A DNA stretch of 64,000 nt from Macrostomum lignano (Eukaryota), in contig NIVC01000230.1 of the NCBI GenBank assembly GCA_002269645.1, forward strand, positions 62,001 through 126,000, given 5' to 3'. Of the stretch, positions 1-13,171 are shown in pieces. Below the pieces are notes generated by a model. It made no database searches and was not told the DNA's origin. It saw only the letters and a program-made list of their open reading frames with translations. A program made the translations under genes and the position numbers. The first letter of the stretch is position 1; the number at the start of each line of letters is the position of its first letter.

Positions 1-663
1 CGCCCTGGAAGAATCGGCATGGAAGACCTAATTTCCCCAACCCGGCTTTCCTGCTATTCCAATATCATTCATCACGTATGAACGTATGTGCGTTTTAAAT
101 CGTTTCATAAGTACCAACAATTGAAATATAAAAAACGCATTGAGCCTTCATAGAAGCTAACTTTAGTTACCATGAATTAGTTAAACTCGCAAGAATCGAA
201 AGATTCAAGGTTCCTTTGGTTTGGTGAGATTTAAAGCATAATATCAGGAACTGCAAGTCTTTAAATTCGATGAAATCAATATTTCGCGCTTGTGATCTTG
301 AATGTCCAGGTTCACCCTTAGGGACTGCACTGATTGCAGAACAACTAAACAGAATGCCACTGTAAATGCTGTTATTAAATTTAGAAAGTCAAGCTAATGA
401 TTATTATCAGTTTGCCATCCAGGGTCTGGAGCTATCTAGCCATTTACTTGATGTTTTTGCGCAAATGGCGTTTCCTGTCATGCACGAATTTCTGCAAGCA
501 TCGCAAGTTTTTGTTTATTTCGCAGAACATTTCTGCCTATGAAAGTTTGGTGCTTCTTCGCAGATAGTTAAAGACAATAAGCTAACTATATCAGTGCCTG
601 ATGACGCCTTGTATTGAATCATTTTCTGGTTCCAAATCTTCTTTTTTAAAGCGTCACGTCGAA

Positions 664-1348
664 AAGGACGACTTAAGAAGGACGGGAAACCTCATTTCTA
701 GGAAATATTTTGAAGGCAGGCTTTTCCGAAAACATACACTACGGAGATAGGAAGTTTTCATTATTTCAACACAAAAATTGTTTTTGCTTTTGATAGGAGG
801 CAGATCCAGTGTTCATCTTTTGATATGTTGTGCTTGTCTTATTGCTCTATCGATATTTATAAAGCTTTTCGTTTAAAGAATTAGGATTCTATGTTAATTT
901 TTACTCTACGTAATTTTCCTGCACTTAACAATCATAAAATGCATGGCACAGCTCCAATCTTTGGATTTATGAATCTATTTTATCATCTCTGTTACACATA
1001 TTTGTTACACAGTCAGCTAAGAATGATAAAATAGACTCATAAAACCAAAGAGCTGAGCCGTGCCATTTTAATGGTTTTTTAGGCACAAGACACGTGCAAA
1101 TGTACGTAGAATAAAAATTAACATAGAATCCTAATTCTTTAAACGAAAAGCTTTACAAATATCGATAGAGCAATAAGACAGGCACAGCATATCAAAAGAT
1201 GAACACTGGATCTGCCTCCTATCAAAAGCAATAACAATTTTTGTGCTGAAAAAAAGAAAACTTCCTATCTCCGTAGTGTATTTTTTCGTGAAAAACCTGC
1301 CTCCAAAAATTTTCTAAGAAACGAGGTCCTTATACTTAAGTCGTCCTT
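664..1348. mobile_element. ~685-bp imperfect palindrome (foldback/MITE-like element)
   Basis: AAGGACGACTTAAG at 664-677 is the reverse complement of 1335-1348. About 700-905 pairs with about 1110-1320 at high identity, and the inner 906-990 pairs with 1020-1110 at lower identity. Centre about 990-1020. No TSD found. Confidence 0.75.
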
Positions 1349-2175
1349 GCACGTCGAGTGGGCTCAGTTAGCATTACTTTATTAACATTTCTGTATCCTC
1401 AACGAGACTTAAAAAGAAGCAGTGCTTGGACTGTGAAGCCTACATTGTTTCGCATATTCGTACAAAACGCGTACATTTGTTAGGGCTTGGCCATTCCTTC
1501 TTTGGTCAGCTCGAGCGCTGCGTCAGAGCGTAAATTTATAAGCTATTTAGTTGCTGCCTAGCAGAACTCCAGCCACCAATACTATCTTCATTTTGAGAGC
1601 TCGCTATTCGAGCAAAATAGCATTTCAAATTTGGAGTTGTCTATCTATCTCGGCTCAAGAGAGTCGTTATCTAACTTGGGTAGTTATATAGCTAGAGCTA
1701 TATACTACACTGCACAGATATGTGCGCTGGCACACGCCATTTACGCTTCGGGCTATTTGCTAATTTGTAAATATGTACGCGCTTGAAATGCTCGCAATTG
1801 TTCAATAGAGAGAGGGAGAGACCAGGTGGGGAGAGACGTAGAGAAGAGATCAGCATAGTTACGCTGTATGTAATTCGCAGGGCGTTGAGGCGGGTGGACA
1901 ACCATTCCGCAGCGCGATGGTTTATAGTAATAAAATGCATACAAGTCATTTATAGAACCCCTGTTTTCTTTTTGAATGCATTGGGTCTGCGCCCTCTGCG
2001 TGCGGCTGTGTGCGCGATATCAGAGAGTACTCACTCTGCAATAGCGAGAAGAGGGGACTCTTTCGTGCGGCTATTTCCACAACTATTTTCTACTGCGCAT
2101 ATTTACCGTATACGTTGCTTTGCTGCGTCTGTTGCGGCAAAATCTTATTAAACTGCTACGCCAGACTTGCCCTTG

Positions 2176-5100
2176 ATGTTCAAATCGTTTCGACAGCGGA
2201 TGTCGCAGTCAGGCGGCTCCCGACATAGCGTCATAGACGATGCGACCACCGAACGAAGTCGTGTCAACTCAGTGGAACTCGGCGACGGCCTGGACAGTTT
2301 GGAGGGCGACAGCGACGATCCGTTCGACTCCAGCCTGGACCGACGGACCAGGAGTCATTGGCGATCGTCCAGCGAAGAACGAAGCAAAGTTCGCCGACTT
2401 CACAGCGCCTCATCGGCTGTCACAGTTGACAGAATGGACCCGGCGACGGCCAGCAACACCGCGGCCTCAGGCCAGCCGCTCGGTTTGAAGCAGCGCGCCA
2501 AAAATTTTCTCTTCCGTCGACGATCCTTCAGCTCGCTGGACACGCACAAGATCGACGGCAGGCCGGCCCGCATCGACCCCAAGCTGGTGAGCAACTACGC
2601 CAAAAGGCATCACAGCGACGACTGCATGCTGGACGCCGGAGATCGCGAACCGGACAGCCGGACAGGACAGAGTGGCAGCGCAACTGGCGGCGAAGGCGGG
2701 CTCGGCCTAGACAGCAGCGCGTCGGCCGGAAAGAAGAAAAGCAAATTCAGCCGGTCATTGAATTTGTTCACCTCAATGCGGCATCGATCCAGGTCGCGCG
2801 ATGCGACGCATCGAAAACCTGAGAGCGGCAGAGTATCCACTAGCGGCGGCTCCTCGGACGGTGGCTGGACTGACGCCAGCGGGCCAGTCGACAGCGGCAG
2901 CGCCATCGGCAGCGAAGGCCCCGGACAAAGTGCAACTCTTGGACGGCGCGGACACCGCAACAGCGAGCAGTACATGGCGCCACCCCCTACGCAGCAAAGG
3001 CAGCAGAGGCAGCCGCAGAGGCCCTACCAGCCGCCGTATCCGCCATACCAGCAACGTCAGGTAAGCAGTGCGAGCGCCCTGGCAACTAATCTGGATGAAA
3101 TTAGCGGCTTCTGTCTAGAGAGGCACCAGCTGAGAAGTCGCGTTGGCGAGGTGCTGGCGAGCTGGCCAGTCGTGCCGCTGGAGGCCGTGTCGCCTTGGCT
3201 GGTTGGCGGCAGCGGCCGCGGCGGTGGTGGCAAGAGTAAACGCCTGTCCATGGCCTTCAAAAAGGGATCGATCTTTGCATCGGCATCGCCGTCTTCCTCA
3301 TCCGGCCCGTCAACACCGTCGGGCTCGTTATCGTCCGCAGTGTTCAGCGGCGGCACTGGCGGCAGCAACTTGTCAAGCGTGAGCCAGTTCTCTGGCAGCA
3401 CGGCGGAGCAGCTCAACCTGCTGTGCCAGCAGTTCAATCAAGCTGTAACACTGCGCAAGAGCTACCGCGGCAAGGATCATCTTGCGGCGCGTCTTCCTCG
3501 ACGGTCTAGCGGTGAGCTAACGATTTTTTGTTATAACACAGGCTCATCAACATTAAAAAGTCGCCACCTTGGAGAGTGCGCAGTAAACTCCAGCTCAGTA
3601 TTGACTTTTCAGTGACTCAACTTGCGCTACGCAACGCAGAGTTGGGCTGGGTGAGAAGGGATTGGGAAGAGCGGAGAGGGAAGATTGGATGGATTGAAGC
3701 TTCCACCCGGTTTTCATTGTTTTTTCAAGCATTTTTAAATATCAAAATGATTGGCCAGCTGATAAACGCTGATAAACTCACTGGGGCAAAGGGTGGCGAC
3801 TTTTCAATTTTGCTGAGTATAGATTTGCATGTACATAGCATTTTACATGCTAGTTAGTAATTGCGTGCATTCGTCAGATAAAGTCTAGAGAAAAGACGTC
3901 AATGAAGATTTGGAAGAAAAAATTCGCTCAAGTTTACTGGTTTACCTGTCACAGTTGGTGTTGGATATATGCCACCTTGTGATTTAAACTTGCAATGTCC
4001 TTAAACTTCTTTGTTGGCGTATAAAGTATAAATTTTCCTGGGATGTTGAATGCATCTTGGCTAAGAAATTGAGCAATATTAAATGGATTAAATATTCGAA
4101 AAACATGATTTTCTGCAAAGGTCAAGCAGCTCTTTCGACCTGAAATGCATTGTAAGAATGCTAGAGAAAAACCTGACTGACTGAATTTCAATTCTGATAA
4201 AGATTGCATCACAACAAGATGAAAACAGTGCCAAAGAAATGCACACACGACTTGATTTAAATTGCGTAACCATATTTCTAACTTAAATTGAGACTGATAC
4301 TGGCTGACTGAGAAATTGATTATGTCATAACTTTTTACTCTAACCGATTTGCTATAAGAATTGAATTATAAGGGCCACAATTCATGCTCTCCAATCGACA
4401 AGAGATAGCCTAGATGCGATCAGACTGGACTGCTAATTCAGCGACCTGGGTTCGAATCTTAGTAGTGCAAAATAATTTTTTTATTAAAACATCTTAAAAA
4501 CAAAATGCTGAACATAAAAGAGCCACCATGTCAAACAAAAGTGGCACCATTTCAAACATTAAAGGCCACAATGTCAAACATATATGACTCCATGTCTAAC
4601 ATTAAAGAGCCACCATGTCGAACATAAAAGAGCCACTATGTCAAACATCAACGAGTCACCATGTCAAGCGTACATACATGACTTCATTTCAGACATTAAA
4701 GTGCCACCATGTCAAATATTAAAGAGCCACCATGTCAAGCGTATAAGTGACTCCATGTCAGACATTAAAGAGCCATCATTGCATACATTAAAGTGCCACC
4801 AGGTCAAACATTAAAAAGCCACAATGTCAAACACAAAACAGCTACCATGTCAAACATAAATGGGGTGCCTACTATCTTGGAGTGCTTGCTATCTGGAGAT
4901 GCGTGCTATCTGGGGGTGCTTGCTATCTGGGGGTGCTTGCTATCTGGGGGTGCTTGCTATCTGGGGGTGCTTGCTATCTGGGGGTGCTTGCTATCTAAGG
5001 GTGCTTGCTATTAGGTGGATGCTTGCTATCTGGGGTGCCTGCTATCTTGGAGTGCTTGCTATCTGGAGATGCGTGCTATCTGGGGGTGCTTGCTATCTGG

Positions 5101-7524
5101 GGGGGGATGCTTGCTATCTTGGGGGTTCTAGCTATCTGGGGGTGCTTGCTATTAGGTGGATGCTTGCTATCTGGGGTGCCTGCTATCTGAGGGTGCTTGC
5201 TATCTGGGGTGCTTGCTATCTAAGGGTGCTTGCTAACTGGGGGTGCTTGCTTTCTAAGGGTGCTTGCTATTAGGTGGATGCTTGCTATCTGGGTTGCCTG
5301 CTATCTGGGGGTGCTTGCTATCTGGAGATGCTTGCTATCTGGGGGTGCTTGCTATCTGGGGGTGCTTGCTATCTGGGGGTGCTTGCTATCTGGGGGTGCT
5401 TGCTATCTGGGGGTGCTTGCTTTCTAAGGGTGCTTGCTATTAGGTGGATGCTTGCGATCTTGGGGTGCTTGCTATTAGGTGGATGCTTTGCTATCTGGGG
5501 TGCCTGCTATCTGGGGGTGCTTGCTATCTGGAGATGCTTGCTATCTGGGGGTGCTTGCTATCTGGGGGTGCTTGCTATCTGGGGGTGCTTGCTATCTGGG
5601 GGTGCTTGCTATCTGGGGGTGCTTGCTATCTGGGGGTGCTTGCTATCTGGGGGGTTGCTTGCTGTCCTAGGATGTTTTCTTTTTGCATTGCACTTCATTT
5701 GAGCAGTTTTTCTATTGTCTATGTGAAGACTTTTTTGGCCGTCTTTTTGATACTTGTAGAGAGCCAGAGATTCTATCTAGATGCCCCCCATCGGGGGGGG
5801 CGAAGATTGCTAGTTAAAACTAAAAAGTGAGCAGTTGCTACAAAATCCGACCATGAAATAATTTGGGAATTGTTTTAGTCTGTTGGGTTGTTATCTTGTA
5901 TCGTTGGATATCGTTGTTGCGACTGTTGAAGCAAAGTCCCCTCATGTTCGATTCCACTCATGCGCAAGGTAAAATCACGATAAAGGCAGAGCCGCTATCA
6001 GAAAGACTATAACATTCAATCTGTTGCTCCATTTCAAAGGCCACTGGAGCAGTTCCTCCGGATCGAGCAGTCGAACAACAGCGGAATCAAGGTCTTTCAC
6101 CAAGCAGGCGTCGAACTCTACCACTGCATCAAAGGATTCCGCGTTGGAGTTAAAGTGAGTCACTACTCCGCTCTCCTATCGATAAATTTCTACCGCCAGT
6201 TCTAACTAATTTACTGCCAATAATGCTGCACTATAAACTCTTCAGCAACAACAAATTCAGGTTCGATGAGCAGGGCGGAAACAGTCGCCGACAGAGTCCT
6301 TCGCAAGCCTCGTCGTCGCCAAATGAGGCATTCAGCCATCAGCATCAGTATCAGCAGCAGCAGCATCATCAACCTCATCAGCATCCAGACTATGCGGCGC
6401 ACCATCGCTTCAACAATAATCGTCATCATCAGCAGTCACCCAGCTTTCTCTTTCCACCATCCGGACTGAGTTCTCAAACTTCTGAAGGTCAACGAAACTT
6501 GGCACAGTACCAGGTGAACCGTTCAATACAGCAGCAGCAGCAGCAGCAGCATCAACAAGCAACCGCTGGATCATCAACTGCCCATGGATACGAGAACATT
6601 CCGCCGAATTTTTCCCTCGTCGGCGTCTCAAATGAACCACACGATGAAGTTCCCGCACCGATGCCACCCAGACGATCGACAAGTCTTCGTCAGAGCAACG
6701 AATCCATCAACAGGCTCGCGGTGCCGCCAACTGCCGCTGACGTGGCGCAGATTTCGCCCACCTACCTGAACCACATGGTGCTGAGCGGCCCGCCCTCGTC
6801 AATGCCAGCAGCCTCTTCTTCGGCCTCCTCTCAGCCGATGACGACATCAATGACGAGTTCGGTGACCGGAACAAAGCCGCAGTTAGACCAGATCTCGGAG
6901 TCTCCCGACGACGAAGCGGCCGAGGCGACTGTTCCGTCAGAGTCGTCACCGCCGATGCCGCCGCCTCAGCTGCCGGAGCGGACCTCCCTGAGGCTGCCAT
7001 ACAGCAGACTGCCTCGACCAGCGTCCATTTCTGGCGACGCTCAGCAGCAGCCCGACAGCCCCGGCAACGGCAGCTATCAAGTGTGGCGCGGAGCCCTGCC
7101 CTATTCTACCCAGTCGCCGTCGTCCTCCTCGTCCTCGCTGGCGCAGACCTCATCGGCGGCGCCTCCCCGGCCTCGGCCGCCGCTGTTGCCAACCGCCGAC
7201 AGCGCCAAGATTGTGCGCGAGGCGCGCGCCAAGCTGAGCCAGCTTAATCGGCTCAGCGCCGAGCTGGCCAAGCGGCAACAGCTGCCGGCGCCGCCGCCGG
7301 CCGTCTGTCCGTTTGACGCCCTGTCGATGGGCCAGGTCTCGTCGTCGCCGATATCGGCGGTCCCAAGTGCAGCGGTGAGGTCGTCGCCGTCCAACGCAAA
7401 TGGAGCAGCGAATGTCGGAGACGCGGCTGCGGCGAGCTGGCGGAACAGTCTGCTTCTGCAAGACGAGCTGGCAGTGCGGGAATACCTGAAGGGTCTGACC
7501 ACGGCTTGCTCTACTGACTACTAG
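2176..7524 (+). CDS. 3-exon gene for a ~904-aa Ser/Gly/Gln/Pro-rich low-complexity protein of unknown function
   Basis: Exons 2176-3511, 6040-6154 and 6261-7524. Donors G|GTGAGC (3512) and AA|GTGAGT (6155); acceptors TTTCAAAG| (6039) and AAATTCAG| (6260). Phases 1 and 2 join in frame (RSSG-HWSSS...ELK-FDEQ). First ATG is 2176 (the ORF track start at 2167 is TTG). No domain recognised. Confidence 0.7.
4500..4860 (+). repeat. 23-bp tandem array (ATGTCAAACATTAAAGAGCCACC) inside Helitron copy 1
   Basis: Degenerate repeats visible; reverse complement of the 32800-34260 array. Confidence 0.85.
4860..5660 (+). repeat. 16-18-bp G-rich tandem array (GGGTGCTTGCTATCTGG) inside Helitron copy 1
   Basis: Directly visible; source of the spurious GCLLSGGACYLGVLAIW ORFs. 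Confidence 0.95.
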
Positions 7525-7844
7525 ACAAGTAGCTCAATACGCGTGGCTGAATATTTATATCACTATCAGTTTTAGAATAGAAAATCTAATCCTTAAGTTT
7601 AGGGCCTAGTAAAAGTCGCTGTATTATGAACATAGCTTGGGATGTCTACTTAACAATCAAATTACTAGACTCTTAGCTACAGGGAACTCTGGGCGTTCGG
7701 CTGCACCGTGTGGAGGCGTCACTGCCCATTCCACTAAGCCCTGGCGATCAAGGGAACCAAATTCTGCGGTTTCCGCAGCGACTGTCGCCCCTCGGAGAAT
7801 CCAAGAGGTGAACGGTCGCTACCCCGGTAGCTGCTTGCCGCTCT

Positions 7845-8372
7845 GGGGGGTGTTTCTCGAAACTCACGTAAGTTCTATGGTAAGTTAGATCGTAAGAAAG
7901 AAATTTACGTGTTGCGTAAGTTTGCTCGTAAGACGCTTTCTCAAAACTCACTTAGACTTTGCGTGGCTTACGCTGTTCGTAAGTCGTATCTGAAACGAAA
8001 AGTTGCATGTCTATGGTCATAAATCTGCAAATATCTTTCCTTAGTCTATCGTAAGTTGCTTTCGAGAAAGACCCACCTTCGATAAAGTTTTACTTGACTT
8101 GGCTTGACTAAAGCTTCACGTACTATGCGATTAGTGCTTAAGTGCGTCTTACGACTGATACCGAGCAGTCGTAGGGTTAAGATCAACCTTACGAAAGACC
8201 ATAGACATACGAACGTTTCGAGAAACAGTCTTTTGCGCAAAGTTACGAACTCGTAAAGTTGCGATCAATCTTACGCATAGCTAACTTGCGAGCCCTTCGA
8301 GCAACCCGTAAGTGTAGCTTACCCAACTTACGTCTATGGTCGATCGTAAGTTGCTTTCGAGAAAGACCCCCC
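7845..8372. mobile_element. ~530-bp MITE with G-run terminal inverted repeats (possibly PIF/Harbinger-like)
   Basis: Left end GGGGGGTGTTTCTCGAAA (7845) matches the reverse complement of TTTCGAGAAAGACCCCCC (ends 8372). Internal CGTAAG/CTTACG motifs repeat, and a second right-TIR copy lies at about 8050-8070. TSD ambiguous (CTG/CTA). Confidence 0.65.
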
Positions 8373-9344
8373 TAGGAGCGGACGAGCTGGTACACAAAGA
8401 TTCTCGAGTCTTTTTAGTGATTTTATCCATTTTGAAAAAAATCAATGAACGGGGGACCTTTAAGAAAATTGTTTTTTTCCAGTGAAAAAGTCGTTTAGCT
8501 ATCTTGAAAATTATAGCGAAAGGTCAAAAGTTCGTATTGCAGGTCCTCTGCTTCAATTCTAATTCTATGGGTAGCTATATGCTTTTAATTGCTTTTTTCT
8601 CACACTTCAAATCAGAAAGCAGCTATATTTGCCTGTCGATGTGCCTCTTCTGCGTAGATATCAAGATCTAATCTTTTAGCATTGTGCGGCAAATAGTCAT
8701 TCAGTTTCTTAAAAAAAAGTACCCGTGCACTGCACTGACTCTTAAACTGTATTTCCTAGAAATAAATGATATACTTGTCATTGACATTAAGGACAATTAA
8801 AGCAATCATGTGAAAGTTAAACAACATTCATAAAATCAGCCACAAAAGCCTTTGAAAACTCTAGGAGCTACAGAATGACATAAATAGGTCGATCATAGTG
8901 AAACGCAAAGTCGTGAATTTAAAATAGCTGTAGCTGTTTCGTTTTAATTAGTAATAAATATCTTTTCTACTATCTAAATTTTACATTTTCAACTGTTGTC
9001 TCGCATGCAAACAATGCTGAATTTGCTCAACTATTTGTCCAAAAGCTTTCTGTGCATGTCAAAAAAACATGATTCCAGAATTCCAATTCTGCCATTAGTT
9101 TTTATACCGATTTGCTTGGCTACGCTGTACAGATCGCTTGCTTGTCTGTAGAAAATAAATTCCTTTTTTACTTTCTTCCAAGAATCAAGACTGAAAATTG
9201 TCAACTTTATATTTTAGCCACTGTTATTGAGTACGTGTTTTCATTTAAAATTTTAGACATTAGCTTTGTAATTATAGCTGGGTGTTCTTGGTAGAAAGTT
9301 AGCTGCTGCTCATTGCGGAAACAAAACCCGGTAAATTGGAATAT

Positions 9345-11201
9345 CTAGCTGGAATTAGAATTGGAACAAATGTAACTCAAATGTAGCTTTCTTGTACAGC
9401 GCGCGTCCAGCCACAACCCCAGCGCCTCGACGTCGCAATCCTCGGCGCTCATGTCGAACCCGCACTCCCCACTTTCTAGTCGCTGATTCGCCAGCGCCCG
9501 GTAGCGAGATCTCGACCGGCTGTCCAACTGCGAGTGAATAAAGATCGATATTGTATGTCTCACTCACACACAGCAGTGAGGGAGAGCTGTCTCACTCACA
9601 CACAGCAGTGAGGGAGAGCTGTCTCACTCACACACAGCAGTGAGGGAGAGCTGTCTCACTCACACACAGCAGTGAGGGAGAGCTGTCTCACTCACACACA
9701 GCAGTGAGGGAGAGCTGTCTCACTCACACACAGCAGTGAGGGAGAGCTGTCTCACTCACACACAGCAGTGAGGGAGAGCTGTCTCACTCACACACAGCAG
9801 TGAGGTACAGCTGTCTCACTCACACAGCAGTAAGGGAGAGCCGTCTCACTCACACACAGCAGTGAGGGAGAGCTGTCTCACTCACACACAGCAGTGAGGG
9901 AGAGCTATCTCACTCACACAGCAGTGAGGTAGAGCTGTCTCACTCACACACAGCAGTGAGGGAGAGCTGTCTCACTCACACACAGCAGTGAGGGAGAGCT
10001 GTCTCACTCACACACAGCAGTGAGGGAGAGCTGTCTCACTTACACACAGCAGTGAGGGAGAGCTGTCTCACTCACACACAGCAGTGAGGTACAGCTGTCT
10101 CACTCACACAGCAGTAAGGGAGAGCCGTCTCACTCACACACAGCAGTGAGGGAGAGCTGTCTCACTCACACACAGCAGTGAGGGAGAGCCGTCTCACTCA
10201 CACAGCAGTGAGGGAGAGCTGTCTCACTCACACACAGCAGTGAGGGAGAGCCGTCTCACTCACACACAGCAGTGAGGTACAGCTGTCTCACTCACACAGC
10301 AGTAAGGGAGAGCCGTCTCACTCACACACAGCAGTGAGGGAGAGCTGTCTCACTCACACACAGCAGTGAGGGAGAGCTGTCTCACTCACACACAGCAGTG
10401 AGGGAGAGCTGTCTCACTCACACAGCAGTGAGGGAGAGCTGTCTCACTCACACAGCAGTAAGGGAGAGCCGTCTCACTCACACACAGCAGTGAGGGAGAG
10501 CTGTCTCACTCACACACAGCAGTGAGGGAGAGCTATCTCACTCACACAGCAGTGAGGGAGAGCTGTCTCACTCACACACAGCAGTGAGGGAGAGCTGTCT
10601 CACTCACACACAGCAGTGAGGCAGAGCTGTCTCACTCACACAGAGCAGTGAGGGAGAGCTGTCTCACTCACACAGCAGTGAGGGAGAGCTGTCTCACTCA
10701 CACAGCAGTGAGTTACAGCTGTCTCACTCACACAGCAGTGAGGCAAAGCTACTCAAAACTCACACCTGCTCACTCAGCTGATTGCGAGAGTCTCACCTGT
10801 CCAACCTGAACTACCAGCAGGCGGCGTCTGAACGAGTTCGCAGCGAGGAAGGCTTGGAACTCGCACTGCAGCTCGGCCTCGTCTCTGAGCCAGCAGAGCA
10901 GGCCGTTGCTGAGCAGCAGCACGAACTGGCGAGTTCGCTTCATCAGGAAGCTGTTGATGCGGCTGGCTGGCGAGGCGCCCTCAAAGTTGTCAGGCCAGCG
11001 AGCAGCCAGGACCGCGTCGTTGGTGCCGAGCCGAACGCCTGAGAGGCGACGAACGATGAGCTCGACGACGGTGTTTGAGCTCGAATCTGGGTCGGCTCGG
11101 GACTCGGAGTCAGAGGCGGACTCAGGAGCAGACAGGATGAAGACCTCCGGCACTTTGTCCGAGTGGAACGGCGGCCAGTCCCGAATCGCGCTCAGGATGG
11201 C
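9345..11201 (-). CDS. Divergent TIR-domain protein, last two exons (5' part unresolved)
   Basis: Exon about 11201-10797 (donor CAG|GTGAG) and exon 9527-9345 (acceptor TCGCAG|, stop TAG) join in phase 0. Translation follows the TIR pattern: EVFILS...VVELIVRRL..VRLG...DNFEGAS..RINSFL..TRQFVLLLS...EFQAFL...RRLLVVQ. Domain assigned by eye. Confidence 0.55.
9558..10742. repeat. 30-32-bp minisatellite (GTCTCACTCACACACAGCAGTGAGGGAGAGCT) filling the TIR-gene intron
   Basis: Directly visible; occupies almost all of intron 9528-10796. Confidence 0.95.
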
Positions 11202-11689
11202 CTTTATAATGCTTAATGTTATAAATTTCGAGCTTGTCGTTTTATGATCTGTTTCACAACAGTGCTGCAATAATTTGTGTACTTACTTTGTGTAGAAACA
11301 ATAACAGCGACATTTAAAAAGACAAAAACAGTTGGAAACGACAGAACCTTAAGAAAATTAGTTACTCAGAAGTAGTATTTAAAGCATCCTCAGCATGCAT
11401 ACTTCTAGTAGTATGCTTAGATTGATATTCTTAGTCTATACACTATAAGTAATACATGTTTAGCCACAAACTAAGGACTTTGTTAAAATCAACTTATTAT
11501 GTAATATGTCATTTTTAAACCACCTGACAAGGCACCGCTAATCCTGCATCCTTTGTATTTACTCAGCTTTGAGGCCTTTCTCATAAGCTCCGTCATTATA
11601 AGACTTTACAAACAGCGCCTGCATGGGGTTATTTTAAAGCCAGAGTTGCCAACTCAACTTGCTTTTACAGTGCAAACATAACTATTGGC

Positions 11690-12570
<881 letters not shown>

Positions 12571-13171
12571 TGTGCATTAATCACATGCAGTTATTACAGG
12601 TGTACATCTGAGTCTTTGAGTTTCTCCCTTAGAAGTCCTCACTTCCCGTTATTATCCATCCTCAAGAGCCAGCCAGACCAGACAACTGACGAAGTTCTCC
12701 ATCCATTCTTCCCAGAACATCCGTCAGAGATGCTAATGAGCCGAAAAATTGAGCTCAAGAAAGCTCCACGCTCTGCCTGGAGGCAAAGTGATTTCCCATC
12801 TTTTTCCCTTTATCTCTATTTTTATAGATTTTGCCTGTCGAAGTCTCAAGCTTAGCATGCACTTTTACGGCCGAGCAAAATCGCCTGCTGCAGTGGACTC
12901 AGACAGATGGAGCTCTGGGAGATTTTTCTCCATCGTTGCTCTCCACTTGCTTCGATTGTCAAAGCAGTTTTTGCCTGAGCAATAATAATCCCCCAATCAC
13001 TGATCCTCTCACTCGAAGGGATTCGCTAAATTCCGGAACTAGTTAGTAATAGAAAAAATATATAATATAACAATAGTATTTAGTGTCAAGCTCTGCTCAG
13101 AAAAAGTACACAATTTTATACTTTCATTAAACATCACACTTTTTATCACATGCACTTTTTATCAAATGCTG

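Larger units (their letters stand above)
4030..5813 (+). mobile_element. Non-autonomous Helitron-type element (family A, copy 1, 5' end unresolved) in intron 1 of the orphan gene
   Basis: The 3' end has a GC hairpin (GCCCCCCATCGGGGGGGGC, 5783-5801) followed by CTAG (5810-5813) then T. Colinear inverted homology with 32070-34740, including both internal arrays. Confidence 0.75.

Noticed and set aside
3057-3437. Antisense and alternate-frame ORFs over GC-rich exons (also 7101-7502, 41683-42090, 56838-57321)
   Set aside because: Shadow ORFs of real coding exons.
4401-4470. Functional tRNA-Ser(GCT) gene
   Set aside because: There is no acceptor stem, the variable loop is short, and the second copy has a different anticodon. 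Kept only as a tRNA-like promoter.
5890-5965. B-box GTTCGATTCC suggesting another tRNA/SINE head
   Set aside because: No convincing A box or cloverleaf.
9558-10742. CRISPR-like array (30-32-bp repeats with dyad symmetry CTCACT…AGTGAG)
   Set aside because: Repeats abut with no unique spacers, the context is eukaryotic, and there are no cas genes.
12600-13046. Moderately GC-rich stretch as a possible upstream exon of the TIR gene
   Set aside because: No frame with compatible splice sites and a plausible translation was found on the minus strand.
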